DNA of 64,000 nucleotides from Candidatus Angelobacter sp. (GTDB taxonomy: Bacteria > Acidobacteriota > Terriglobia > Terriglobales > Acidobacteriaceae). A program made the translations under genes and the position numbers. Below are positions 46,675 through 55,461 of this stretch, one piece after another. Positions within the stretch are counted from its first letter, which is position 1. Each line of letters begins with the position of its first letter. The notes beneath the pieces are model-generated. The model saw nothing but the letters and a program-made list of their open reading frames with translations. It searched no databases and was not told where the DNA came from. Where the stretch lies: NCBI GenBank assembly GCA_049802395.1, contig JBARMK010000236.1:2635-66634 (forward strand), written 5' to 3'.

Positions 46675-47421
46675 ATGCCGGGAGTTACAGGACGTGTAGC
46701 GCTAGTGACCGGCGCTTCCCAGGGGATTGGCCGGGCATGCGCGCTGGCGCTGGCCGAAGGCGGGGCGTTGGTTGCTCTGGCCGCGCGCAATGAAGACAAA
46801 CTGGCGGCGGTAGCCAAGGAAATCATTGGCAAAGGCGGGCAGGCGGCGACATTCCGAATGGACGTTAGCAATGAAGACGAAGTGAAGAGCGCAGTCAAGG
46901 CCGTGCTGGAGCGCTTTGGCAAAATTGAGGTCCTGGTAAACAATGCCGGCGTGACTAAAGACACTCTGCTGATGCGGATGAAGCGCGCCGATTGGGAGTC
47001 AGTGATCCAAACCAACCTCAGTGGCGCTTTTTTCACTACCCAAGCTGTGATTGGATCGATGCTCAAACAGCGCTGGGGACGGATCGTGAACATCAGCAGT
47101 GTGTTTGGGCAGATGGGGCAGGCGGGGCAGGCTAACTATGCCGCTTCAAAAGCAGGGCTGATCGGTTTCACTATGGCCATGGCGCGCGAAGTAGCTTCGC
47201 GAAGCATCACCGTCAACGCGGTTGCTCCGGGCTACATTGAAACGGCCATGACGGAGGGCCTTTCGGCCGATTTGAAAGCAAAAGTCAGCGAGATGATCCC
47301 GTTGGGCCGCGCCGGGACAGACGCGGAGGTGGCGCATGCGGTCCGCTTTCTCGCTTCAGAAGAGGCCAGTTACATAACCGGTGAGGTGCTCAAGGTAAAT
47401 GGCGGAATGTTGATGGGATGA
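46675..47421 (+). CDS. fabG: 3-oxoacyl-ACP reductase
   Basis: 248 aa SDR. TGASQGIGRA, NNAGV and YAASKAG are present, with an AAGGAGA RBS. Confidence 0.92.
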   Translation: MPGVTGRVALVTGASQGIGRACALALAEGGALVALAARNEDKLAAVAKEIIGKGGQAATFRMDVSNEDEVKSAVKAVLERFGKIEVLVNNAGVTKDTLLMRMKRADWESVIQTNLSGAFFTTQAVIGSMLKQRWGRIVNISSVFGQMGQAGQANYAASKAGLIGFTMAMAREVASRSITVNAVAPGYIETAMTEGLSADLKAKVSEMIPLGRAGTDAEVAHAVRFLASEEASYITGEVLKVNGGMLMG

Positions 47422-47560
47422 CAGCATGATCCCAGAACAGAAGCCCGCTTTGCTCTTTCTGATTTGTCGGATTCACATTGACAGGCTCATCGCAAGGGCT
47501 GAGAAGCAGCAGTCATCATGCGCAAAGCAATCGACCGTGCAGATGGGCGCAGGCTGGCAG

Positions 47561-48070
47561 ATGAAACCGAAGATGCTGACAATCGTCCAAGCCGAGACTC
47601 CGCAGCAGATTGAAACGGCACGGGCGCTGATCGTGGAATACGCGACTTGGCTGGAATTCAATCTTTGTTTCCAGGGTTTTGAGGAGGAGATGCGAAGGCT
47701 GCCGGGTAAGTACGCTCCGCCTGCCGGCCGACTCTTGCTGGGGCTATGGGACAGGCAGCCTGCGGGCGTAATCGCGCTGCGTCCCCTGGATGAAGACCGG
47801 CAGCGGGGCCTGTGTGAGATGAAGCGTCTTTATGTGCGTCCGGAATTCCGGGGACATGAAATTGGGCTGGCCTTAGCGGAGCGAGCGATCGCCGAAGCAG
47901 CAAAAATCGGCTACACGCGCATGAGGCTGGACACAGTTTCAGGCAAAATGGACCACGCGATCGCCATGTATCGGGCACTGGGGTTTGCCGAAACCGTTCC
48001 TTACTACAACACGCCAGTGGGTGAGACCAAGTTTATGGAACTGGCCCTGGCGGCGGGAAGCGTAGAGTAA
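47561..48070 (+). CDS. GNAT-family N-acetyltransferase
   Basis: LYVRPEFRGHEIGLALAERAI and MYRALGF motifs. The start is ATG 47561 or 47573. Confidence 0.8.
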   Translation: MKPKMLTIVQAETPQQIETARALIVEYATWLEFNLCFQGFEEEMRRLPGKYAPPAGRLLLGLWDRQPAGVIALRPLDEDRQRGLCEMKRLYVRPEFRGHEIGLALAERAIAEAAKIGYTRMRLDTVSGKMDHAIAMYRALGFAETVPYYNTPVGETKFMELALAAGSVE

Positions 48071-48254
48071 ATTTCGCGAGCTCAACTTAAAGGTTTCGCG
48101 TTTGCAATAAGCCAGAGTGCGTAGAAAGCCATATATCTAAATGGTAAATATCTTATTTTTCTGCGAGTAATCGCGATTTGGAGATTTGATCACGAAAATC
48201 GCAGTGAATACACCTATGAAGAATTTGCATGAAGCCGGCTGACAAAAATTGTGC

Positions 48255-48283
48255 TTGCAGAAAGTTGCTACTCTGATTACTAT
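48255..48283 (+). promoter_or_regulatory. candidate sigma-70 promoter TTGCAG-17 nt-TACTAT upstream of the XRE gene
   Basis: Read from sequence. The perfect palindrome AATCGCGATT at 48169-48178 lies upstream. Confidence 0.3.
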
Positions 48284-48322
48284 CCATGCAACCCCGGGAG
48301 CATTGGAAAAACTGGCTCCATC

Positions 48323-48673
48323 ATGAATATCGGCGAGACAATCAGAAGTTATCGGCTGCAAAAGGGCATGTCACAGGGTGACATTGAAAAGCGCACAGGC
48401 CTGTTGCGCTGCTACCTTTCACGCGTGGAAAACGGCCATACCATTCCATCACTGGATACGCTTTCCAAGATCGCCACCGCGATGGAGTTGCCGCTGGGCC
48501 AATTCTTCACCGACCACTTATCCAATGGGAGCAGTAAAAACCTGCCGCCTCTAACCGAAGACGAGGTCCGGTTCCTTACCCAGATCCGCCGCTACTCCAT
48601 GAACCTGAATGACAGTGACCGCAAGCTGGTGCTGGCCATGGTGAAGAAGATGGCGGCCGGGGCGGGGAAATAG
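48323..48673 (+). CDS. XRE-family helix-turn-helix transcriptional regulator
   Basis: IRSYRLQKGMSQGDIEKRTGLLRCYLSRVENGHTIPSLDTLSKIA is a typical HTH_3 pattern. Confidence 0.82.
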   Translation: MNIGETIRSYRLQKGMSQGDIEKRTGLLRCYLSRVENGHTIPSLDTLSKIATAMELPLGQFFTDHLSNGSSKNLPPLTEDEVRFLTQIRRYSMNLNDSDRKLVLAMVKKMAAGAGK

Positions 48674-48849
48674 CAGAGCATCAACTAATTTTTCTGATCC
48701 CGAGCAAGGGCATCCCTACATCCACATCGGTCATGATGGCTAACTGAAGCCCCAAGAGAAATCCCCGTTGTAGAGTCCCCTACCCCGCTCATTATCAACA
48801 TCAACGCAGCGATCCCAAAAATTCTCAAAAATGTGGGGTTGAGAGAAAG

Positions 48850-49518
48850 CTAAGCTGCCTTGCTAGCCTCACTCAGCGCCAGGACTGCCAGTTCCAGGCG
48901 ATCGCGTGCACCCGTTTTGGTGAAGATACTTTGCAGGTGGCGTTTGACGGTGTTTTCACTGATGGTGAGCGCCGTGCCGATGTCTTTGTTCTTCATACCA
49001 CGGGCCACGTGATAGGCAATCTGGCGTTCGCGGGTGGAAAGACGGCCCATGGTGTTGGCAGTGTTCTTTGATTCCGCAGTCATGGTGGTGAGCACCTGCT
49101 GCGCCAGCTCGTCGGAGAAAGCAAGCTCCCCGTTAGCAACGGTGCGGATAGCGTTGAAGAGTTTTTCCGGCCCATCACTCTTCAGCACCAGGCCGCGCGC
49201 GCCTAGCTTGACGACCTGGGCGTAATCGAGTTCGCTATCGGACCCTGTGAGTACCACGGCGGCAACGCGGCTGCCGGCGCGGTCCAGGGTACGCAGGACC
49301 TCAAAGCCGTCGCCCTCTGGCATAAAGAGATCCAGAAGCAAAACGTCCGGCGCCTGCTCTTTGACGATCGCGAGCGCCTCCTGCCCGTTGGACGCGCGTC
49401 CTTCAACAATGAAGTCAGCTTGAGTGGACAACAATGCAGCCAGGGACTCGCGCAAAACGGTGTGATCGTCTGCAATTACGATCCGTGTGCGATTTTTTAA
49501 TAGGCCTTTAGGAGTCAT
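48850..49518 (-). CDS. NarL/FixJ-family response regulator (orphan)
   Basis: The receiver domain has DD, D (LLLDLFMP), T and K positions. C-terminal LuxR HTH (LSTRERQIAYHVARGMKNKDIGTALTISENTVKRH). No kinase is adjacent. Confidence 0.92.
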   Translation of the reverse strand: MTPKGLLKNRTRIVIADDHTVLRESLAALLSTQADFIVEGRASNGQEALAIVKEQAPDVLLLDLFMPEGDGFEVLRTLDRAGSRVAAVVLTGSDSELDYAQVVKLGARGLVLKSDGPEKLFNAIRTVANGELAFSDELAQQVLTTMTAESKNTANTMGRLSTRERQIAYHVARGMKNKDIGTALTISENTVKRHLQSIFTKTGARDRLELAVLALSEASKAA

Positions 49519-49748
49519 ACTTAATCCTTAGATGCAACTCAGAAGCGGATGAACTGGCCGAGAGGCAGGTTGTCCGTAAGATTTTCAAATTGAATGTTGA
49601 GAGTGAGTACCTGCCGCCGGACTGCTCCCGGCGGCCACAAAAGGCACGTCCGTGACTGTACCTTGAGCACGTAGGAAGACATGCAGCCGTGTGGTATATT
49701 CCGCCTAAGTGCTCCGGTTATGCCGACTCTTGGAATGGAGCTGCCACT

Positions 49749-50348
49749 TTGGCGATTGATGACGAACTCGGAATATTGGAAGACCAGCTCCGCCGCCTGA
49801 AAATTGAGTATGACATGTACTTTGGCGGGGGCTCCAAGAAACCGCCGGCTGAGATCGAGTGGAAGGTCAAGACCCTGCTGAAAAAGTACTCGGACGGGCA
49901 TCGCATGAGCTATGCCCAGCGGTTCCGCTACAACACCATCCAGCAGCGATATGCCCTCTTCAATGCCCTATGGCAGCAAAAACTGATCATTAAAGAAGAA
50001 GGATACCGCCGCCCGCAGGACGCTGTACTGGGAATCCAGGGGCTCCGCTCCGACGAAGAGCATGAAGCCGCCAAGGCACTGAAGCACCATTCAGCCGAGG
50101 AAGGCCGCCCATTTAGCATGGCGCTGGCCGACGATTCCGACCACAGCCAGGTGGAATCACTCTTCCAGGCGCTTACCGAAGCACGCAAGAAGACCGGCGA
50201 GAAAAGCAGCGCCAGCCTGGACTCATTCCAGAAGTTCGTGAAGCAAAAAACCGCCCAACTCCGCAAGGAATACGGCTGCAAGGCTGTGGAGTACTCGGTG
50301 GAACTGCAGAACGGGCAGGCCAAGCTGAAGGCAAAACCCAAAAGTTAA
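49749..50348 (+). CDS. hypothetical protein
   Basis: ORF 49689..50348. A TTG at 49749 lies 8 nt after GGAG. Helical, Lys/Glu-rich. The start is uncertain. Confidence 0.5.
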   Translation: MAIDDELGILEDQLRRLKIEYDMYFGGGSKKPPAEIEWKVKTLLKKYSDGHRMSYAQRFRYNTIQQRYALFNALWQQKLIIKEEGYRRPQDAVLGIQGLRSDEEHEAAKALKHHSAEEGRPFSMALADDSDHSQVESLFQALTEARKKTGEKSSASLDSFQKFVKQKTAQLRKEYGCKAVEYSVELQNGQAKLKAKPKS

Positions 50349-50453
50349 TGTCGCGTCGCTCCAACCGCTAAAGGGTTTGGCCTCTCTCCCATCGATTCAT
50401 CTGTGCCCGATGCGGGCGGCCCGGCACGCAAGTAGGCCCTCGCCGCGTGTTTG

Positions 50454-50488
50454 AGCCACTAGCCATTAGCTCTTAGCCCTTAACTTCT
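50454..50488 (+). repeat. tandem heptanucleotide array AGCCACT AGCCATT AGCTCTT AGCCCTT AACTTCT
   Basis: Read from sequence. It lies about 170 nt upstream of the purH start. Confidence 0.85.
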
Positions 50489-50655
50489 GTTTCGTGTGGG
50501 AAGCTCGACACAGCGCTCTCAATGCGCACACCGCCGTGATTGGATGCCGTGTAAAAAGGTCTGGAGCCGTTCGGAGTCTCGCGGTTTGCAGCCGGGTTCA
50601 CACTGCTGCTACCTTATCCTTTAATCCGTCGAATCCCCGCCCCAAGGAAATCACA

Positions 50656-52224
50656 GTGTCCAAAATTCAGCGCGCGATCCTGAGCGTAACCGATAAAACC
50701 GGCCTGGTCGATTTTGCCCGGCAACTTGCTGCTTTGAAGGTCGAACTGGTCTCCACCGGCGGCACAGCTAAGCTGCTTCGCGAAGCCGGAATCACTGTGA
50801 AAGACATCTCTGATCTCACCGGCTTTCCTGAGATGCTGGACGGCCGGGTAAAAACGCTGCATCCCAAGGTCCACGGCGGAATTCTGCATATTCGCGGAAA
50901 TGCCGGCCACGTGGCCGCAGCCAAGGAGCACGGCATATTGCCGATCGACATGGTGGTGGTGAACCTGTACGCGTTTGAGAAGACCGCGTCCAAGCCGGGC
51001 GTTCATTTTGATGAGGTGATTGAGAACATCGACATTGGCGGGCCGTCAATGGTGCGCTCGGCGGCCAAGAATTTCCGCGACGTAGCGATTGTCACCTCGC
51101 CGAACGATTACGCTGCAATCGCACAGGAGATGACAAACACAGGTGGAGAGCTGGGACTGCACACGCGTTGGCATCTCGCCCAAAAGGCATTTGCCACTAC
51201 AGCGGCGTATGACAGCGCGATTGCGGCGACACTCGCGGCCACATCTCTGGATGGCGTGGCAAAAGAATTCCAGCTTCCCCAGGCGGCCGATGATTTCCCG
51301 GCGGTATTGCACTTCGGCGTGAATAAGGTAATGGACCTGCGTTACGGTGAGAACCCGCACCAGCGGGCTGCCATGTACTCTGACGGCTCGGGGACCGGTG
51401 TAGCCAACGGCAAGCAGCTTCAGGGCAAGGAACTTTCTTTCAACAACATCGTTGATCTGCAGGCGGCATGGGACCTGGCGCAGGAGTTTGACGAGATTGC
51501 CTGTGCGATCATCAAGCATACGAATCCTTCCGGCGCGGCCACTGGCAAAACGCTGCTGGAAGCATATTCTCGGGCCAAAGAGACCGATCCAGTTTCGGCT
51601 TTTGGCGGGGTGATCGGCGTAAACCGGGTGATTGATGGAGCAGCGGCCGAGGAGATCGCCAAGCTGTTTGTCGAAGCCATCGCGGCGCCAGGGTATTCGC
51701 CGGAAGCCAGAGAGAAGTTTTCATCCAAGAAGAACCTGCGGCTGGTTGAGGTACGCCCAAGTGTGCAGAAGTTTGCGATGAAGCAGGTTTCAGGCGGCAT
51801 GCTGGTACAGGATGCGGATATGCGTTCCCTGACCGAGGCCGACCTGAAGATCGCCAGCCTGCGCCAGCCGACAGCGGAAGAGATGCGGGCGCTGCTGTTT
51901 GCCTGGAAGGTATGCAAGCACGTGAAATCAAACGCCATTGTCTATGCCCGTGAGGGACAGACGGTGGGAGTGGGTGCGGGGCAGATGTCGCGCGTGGATT
52001 CATGCAAGATCGGGGCGATGAAAGCGATCTTACCTTTGCCGGGCACGGTAGCGGCTTCTGATGCTTTTTTTCCATTCCCTGACGGGGTAGAAGAAATTGC
52101 CAAGGCGGGCGCTACCGCCATTATTCAGCCGGGCGGATCCATGCGGGACCAGGAAGTGATCGATACGGCGAATCGCTTAAATTTGGCAATGGTGCTTACG
52201 GGTGTGCGTCACTTCCGTCACTAG
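50656..52224 (+). CDS. purH: bifunctional AICAR transformylase / IMP cyclohydrolase
   Basis: GTG 50656 lies after AAGGAA. N-terminus SKIQRAILSVTDKTGLVDFAR, followed by MLDGRVKTLHPKVHGGIL and the C-terminal GVRHFRH. Confidence 0.95.
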   Translation: MSKIQRAILSVTDKTGLVDFARQLAALKVELVSTGGTAKLLREAGITVKDISDLTGFPEMLDGRVKTLHPKVHGGILHIRGNAGHVAAAKEHGILPIDMVVVNLYAFEKTASKPGVHFDEVIENIDIGGPSMVRSAAKNFRDVAIVTSPNDYAAIAQEMTNTGGELGLHTRWHLAQKAFATTAAYDSAIAATLAATSLDGVAKEFQLPQAADDFPAVLHFGVNKVMDLRYGENPHQRAAMYSDGSGTGVANGKQLQGKELSFNNIVDLQAAWDLAQEFDEIACAIIKHTNPSGAATGKTLLEAYSRAKETDPVSAFGGVIGVNRVIDGAAAEEIAKLFVEAIAAPGYSPEAREKFSSKKNLRLVEVRPSVQKFAMKQVSGGMLVQDADMRSLTEADLKIASLRQPTAEEMRALLFAWKVCKHVKSNAIVYAREGQTVGVGAGQMSRVDSCKIGAMKAILPLPGTVAASDAFFPFPDGVEEIAKAGATAIIQPGGSMRDQEVIDTANRLNLAMVLTGVRHFRH

Positions 52225-52346
52225 TTAAGAAGTGTTATCTCGGGAAAAATGGAGAATTTAAGGGCTAAAATTGAGAAGTGAAATAGTCGTGTCTGGCAGC
52301 AGCGCGCGCGCATCCAATTGTGAAGGGGTAATTTCGGTTCGTCATT

Positions 52347-54464
52347 ATGAAATTCAAGATCATACGCTCTCTTTTATTGGGAACCTTACTGTTAGGATCT
52401 ATCGGTCTTTCCGCGCAAAAAAGCACGCAGCAAAAAACACCTGCCGCGCCTACAAAGAAGGACGCAGCGCCGGCGCAGGCGAATTCCGCTCCGAGCCAGT
52501 CCGCTGTTCCCCAGCCGGCGCAGAAGGTCGATCAGGCTGCCGCTTATTACCACTTCTCTCTGGCGCACATGTACGAAGAGATGATGGCGATGTACGGCCG
52601 TTCAGAGTTCGCCACCAAGGCGATTGAAGAATACCGGCTGGCGATCGAAAACGATCCCTCTTCTGAATATTTGAATGCATCGTTGGCCGAGCTGTATGCC
52701 AAGACCGGCCGCATCCGCGACGCCGTTCTGGAAGCGCAGGACATAATCAAGCGCGATCCAAACAACCTTGAAGCGCACAAATTGTTAGGCAGGATTTATC
52801 TGCGCTCGCTGGGCGATCTGCAGCCCGGAACGCAATCGCGTGAAGTTTTGGGCCTGGCCATTGAGCAATATGAGGCCATGGTAAAGATCGAACCCAAGAA
52901 TGCTGACAATCACCTGCTGCTGGGCCGGCTCTATTTCCTCAACAAAGACCTGGTAAAGGCGGAAAACGAATTCAAGACCGCAATCAGCATTGAACCCGGC
53001 TCAGAAGAAGCCATCACAAACCTGGCATACCTCTATAACGAAGAGGGCGACAATAAAAAGGCCGCGGAACTTCTGGCCTCGGTTCCGGAGGCACAGCGTT
53101 CGTCAAAGATGTATGCCGCCCTGGGCAGCACCTACGAGCAACAGAAAGAGTACAAAAAAGCCATTGAGGCTTTTCGTCAGGCCCTGACCATTGACAAGGA
53201 AAACCTGGACGCCATGCGCGGTCTGGCCCAGAATCTGGCCAATGATAACCAGATGGAAGCCGCACTGGACGAGTTCAGGACAATCCAGGATGCCGATCCA
53301 CAGGACGCCACGGCTGCGTTGCGCGTGGCAGAGATCTACCGGAGGATGGGGAAATTCGACCTGGCCATGGAGAACCTGAAGAAGGCCAGCGCGCTGGTTC
53401 AGGATTCATTGGAAATCCCATACAACGAAGCGCTGATTCTGGAAGCGCAAGGCAAATATGATGAGGCCGCTCAAGTCCTGCAAAAGCTGGTGAGCCGTCC
53501 GTTGCCGGCCGATGCGCATGCAGGCGATAAGAGCAATCGCGCACTTTTCCTGGAACGGCTGGGAAATATTTATCGCGAGGCAGGCCGGCCGCTGCTGGCA
53601 CTGGAAACCTTCCGCAAGATCGTGGACCTGGGCGGGGAGAATGCATCCCGAGGCTACCAGGACGTAATTGATGCGTATCGTGAGCAGAAGCAATGGACCG
53701 ATGCCACGCGAGTGGCACAGGAAGCGGTCAAGAAGATACCCGACGACAAGGGTCTGAAACTGACCCTGGCACAGCAACTGGCCGATTCCGGCAAAGCGGA
53801 TGAAAGCGTGCAACTGGCAAAGTCGGCGTTGAAAAGCGGTCCCGAAGATCGCGATACCTACATCATGCTGTCGCAGATTTATATGCGGCTCAAGCGCTGG
53901 AAAGAATCCGAGGACGCTATCACCCAGGCAGAAAAACTGGCGGTGAAGCCGGAAGAAAAGGAATATATCCGCTTCCTGCAAGGCTCTATCTACGAGCGGC
54001 AGAAGAAATACGACCAGGCGGAGCAGGCGTTCCGGCAGGTGCTGCAACTGGATCCCAATAACAGCATGACCCTGAATTATCTGGGCTACATGCTAGCTGA
54101 CCGCAATACCCATCTGGAAGAAGCCATCACCCTGATTAAAAAGGCGCTGGATCTTGATCCCCAGAACGGCGCGTACCTTGACTCGCTGGGCTGGGTGTAT
54201 TTCAAGCTGGGCAACTACGACCAGGCAGAGGAAAACCTGCGCCGGGCGGCGGACAAAACACCCAATGACGCGACCGTCCAGGACCATCTGGGCGAACTGT
54301 ATGCCCGTACCAGCCGCTTCAAGCAGGCAGCCACGCACTGGGAGCGCGCTCTGGACGAGTGGAATAAGTCCGTGCCGGCCGACGTTGACCAGCAGGATGT
54401 GGCGCGAGTAACCAAAAAACTCGAAAGCACCAAGGTAAAACTGGCGCAGCAGACGCAGAAATAG
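52347..54464 (+). CDS. secreted tetratricopeptide-repeat protein
   Basis: Signal peptide, then more than 10 TPR units (e.g. A..Y..AL..DP.N..A...LG). Confidence 0.88.
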   Translation: MKFKIIRSLLLGTLLLGSIGLSAQKSTQQKTPAAPTKKDAAPAQANSAPSQSAVPQPAQKVDQAAAYYHFSLAHMYEEMMAMYGRSEFATKAIEEYRLAIENDPSSEYLNASLAELYAKTGRIRDAVLEAQDIIKRDPNNLEAHKLLGRIYLRSLGDLQPGTQSREVLGLAIEQYEAMVKIEPKNADNHLLLGRLYFLNKDLVKAENEFKTAISIEPGSEEAITNLAYLYNEEGDNKKAAELLASVPEAQRSSKMYAALGSTYEQQKEYKKAIEAFRQALTIDKENLDAMRGLAQNLANDNQMEAALDEFRTIQDADPQDATAALRVAEIYRRMGKFDLAMENLKKASALVQDSLEIPYNEALILEAQGKYDEAAQVLQKLVSRPLPADAHAGDKSNRALFLERLGNIYREAGRPLLALETFRKIVDLGGENASRGYQDVIDAYREQKQWTDATRVAQEAVKKIPDDKGLKLTLAQQLADSGKADESVQLAKSALKSGPEDRDTYIMLSQIYMRLKRWKESEDAITQAEKLAVKPEEKEYIRFLQGSIYERQKKYDQAEQAFRQVLQLDPNNSMTLNYLGYMLADRNTHLEEAITLIKKALDLDPQNGAYLDSLGWVYFKLGNYDQAEENLRRAADKTPNDATVQDHLGELYARTSRFKQAATHWERALDEWNKSVPADVDQQDVARVTKKLESTKVKLAQQTQK

Positions 54465-54483
54465 GAATTGGTATTTAGCAGTT
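54463..54483 (+). repeat. tandem heptanucleotide array AGGAATT GGTATTT AGCAGTT starting in the TPR gene stop codon
   Basis: Read from sequence. It lies immediately upstream of the terminator hairpin. Confidence 0.75.
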
Positions 54484-54497
54484 GATAGCTGGGAACG

Positions 54498-54526
54498 CCC
54501 CTCGCATTTGCGAGGGGTTATTTTTT
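54498..54526 (+). terminator. rho-independent terminator CCCCTCGC-ATTT-GCGAGGGG-TTATTTTTT
   Basis: 8 perfect base pairs checked, plus a T-tract. Confidence 0.85.
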
Positions 54527-54588
54527 GCTGGTCACCCTCCCGACCGCGTGCGCCTTTCGAATTTGGCAATCTCTTTCTTAACCCACTC

Positions 54589-55191
54589 TCACCGACGCGT
54601 CGGGAGGTTTGTCGCGCTCGCGCACGCAGCTTTGAAGTCCGAGTAACTGCCCCAATCCAGGCTGACCGATGCGTGGTCGATTCGCAGGCCAGAGCCGAAC
54701 GTGCCGCTTACCCTTTCGCGATCATTCATCACCAGAGTGGGTCCGCGCCACCTGCCGTAAAGGTCGAAGAAGCCCTGCCTTTGGCCAACATTGATAATCC
54801 GCGATTCAAGCAGCCGAAATGCCATCAGACTGTCATCGGTGCTGCGCCAGCCGCCATAAATTGTCCCGCTCAGCCGCAGACGTTCACTCACGCCCGGTGA
54901 AGTGCACAGCCATGCCGAGCCCTGCAAACCGCCCGTGGGTCGCAGGCCGTCGAGGTGAAGCCGGGAAAAATGCGGCGACGGATAGAACGAAACGTAGAGC
55001 GGATAGTCAATCCCGCTTTTTGTAACTAACTTGCCGGATCCGCGCCACGTCAACAGCGGCGTCCAGCGCCCGCCGATATGAAGGGACCAGGGATCTAGAA
55101 CAGCGATCACCGCATACACTACGGCCAGCATGGCCAGGAGCAAAACTGGCAACCCCACAAGTCTCACGAGACAGCCGCGCCCCTGCTGCAT
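54589..55191 (-). CDS. membrane-anchored hypothetical protein
   Basis: ATG 55191 gives the N-terminal anchor LVGLPVLLLAMLAVVYAVIAV. The longer 55485 start is unsupported. Confidence 0.5.
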   Translation of the reverse strand: MQQGRGCLVRLVGLPVLLLAMLAVVYAVIAVLDPWSLHIGGRWTPLLTWRGSGKLVTKSGIDYPLYVSFYPSPHFSRLHLDGLRPTGGLQGSAWLCTSPGVSERLRLSGTIYGGWRSTDDSLMAFRLLESRIINVGQRQGFFDLYGRWRGPTLVMNDRERVSGTFGSGLRIDHASVSLDWGSYSDFKAACASATNLPTRR

Positions 55192-55461
55192 CCCGAGAGT
55201 ATATCGCTTCTGTGACTCGTCCTTGTGAGCCTTTTGCCGCGGAAGACGCCCACCTGGTTGGCTTGCGTTATCCCGAAGTAGCGAGTTCCGTACGAAATCA
55301 CAGCCATGCTTCCAGAAGCAGGAAGGCAGGCCATCTATATGCAAGCCGCTCCTAGAAAAATCAATTTGCTGTAACGCAACACATACGAATTGCACTACAG
55401 AACGGTACTTTTTGTACCTGAATTGAAAATGTAAGTGATCGACAGCCCGAAAGGGGGGCTT

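Noticed and set aside
50349-50655. Possible ZTP (pfl) riboswitch in the long purH leader
   Set aside because: I could not find the conserved ACTGGCG / GGTGGGA / CCGGGC...CCGCCTGGGC-type elements on either strand. A covariance-model scan would be the definitive check.
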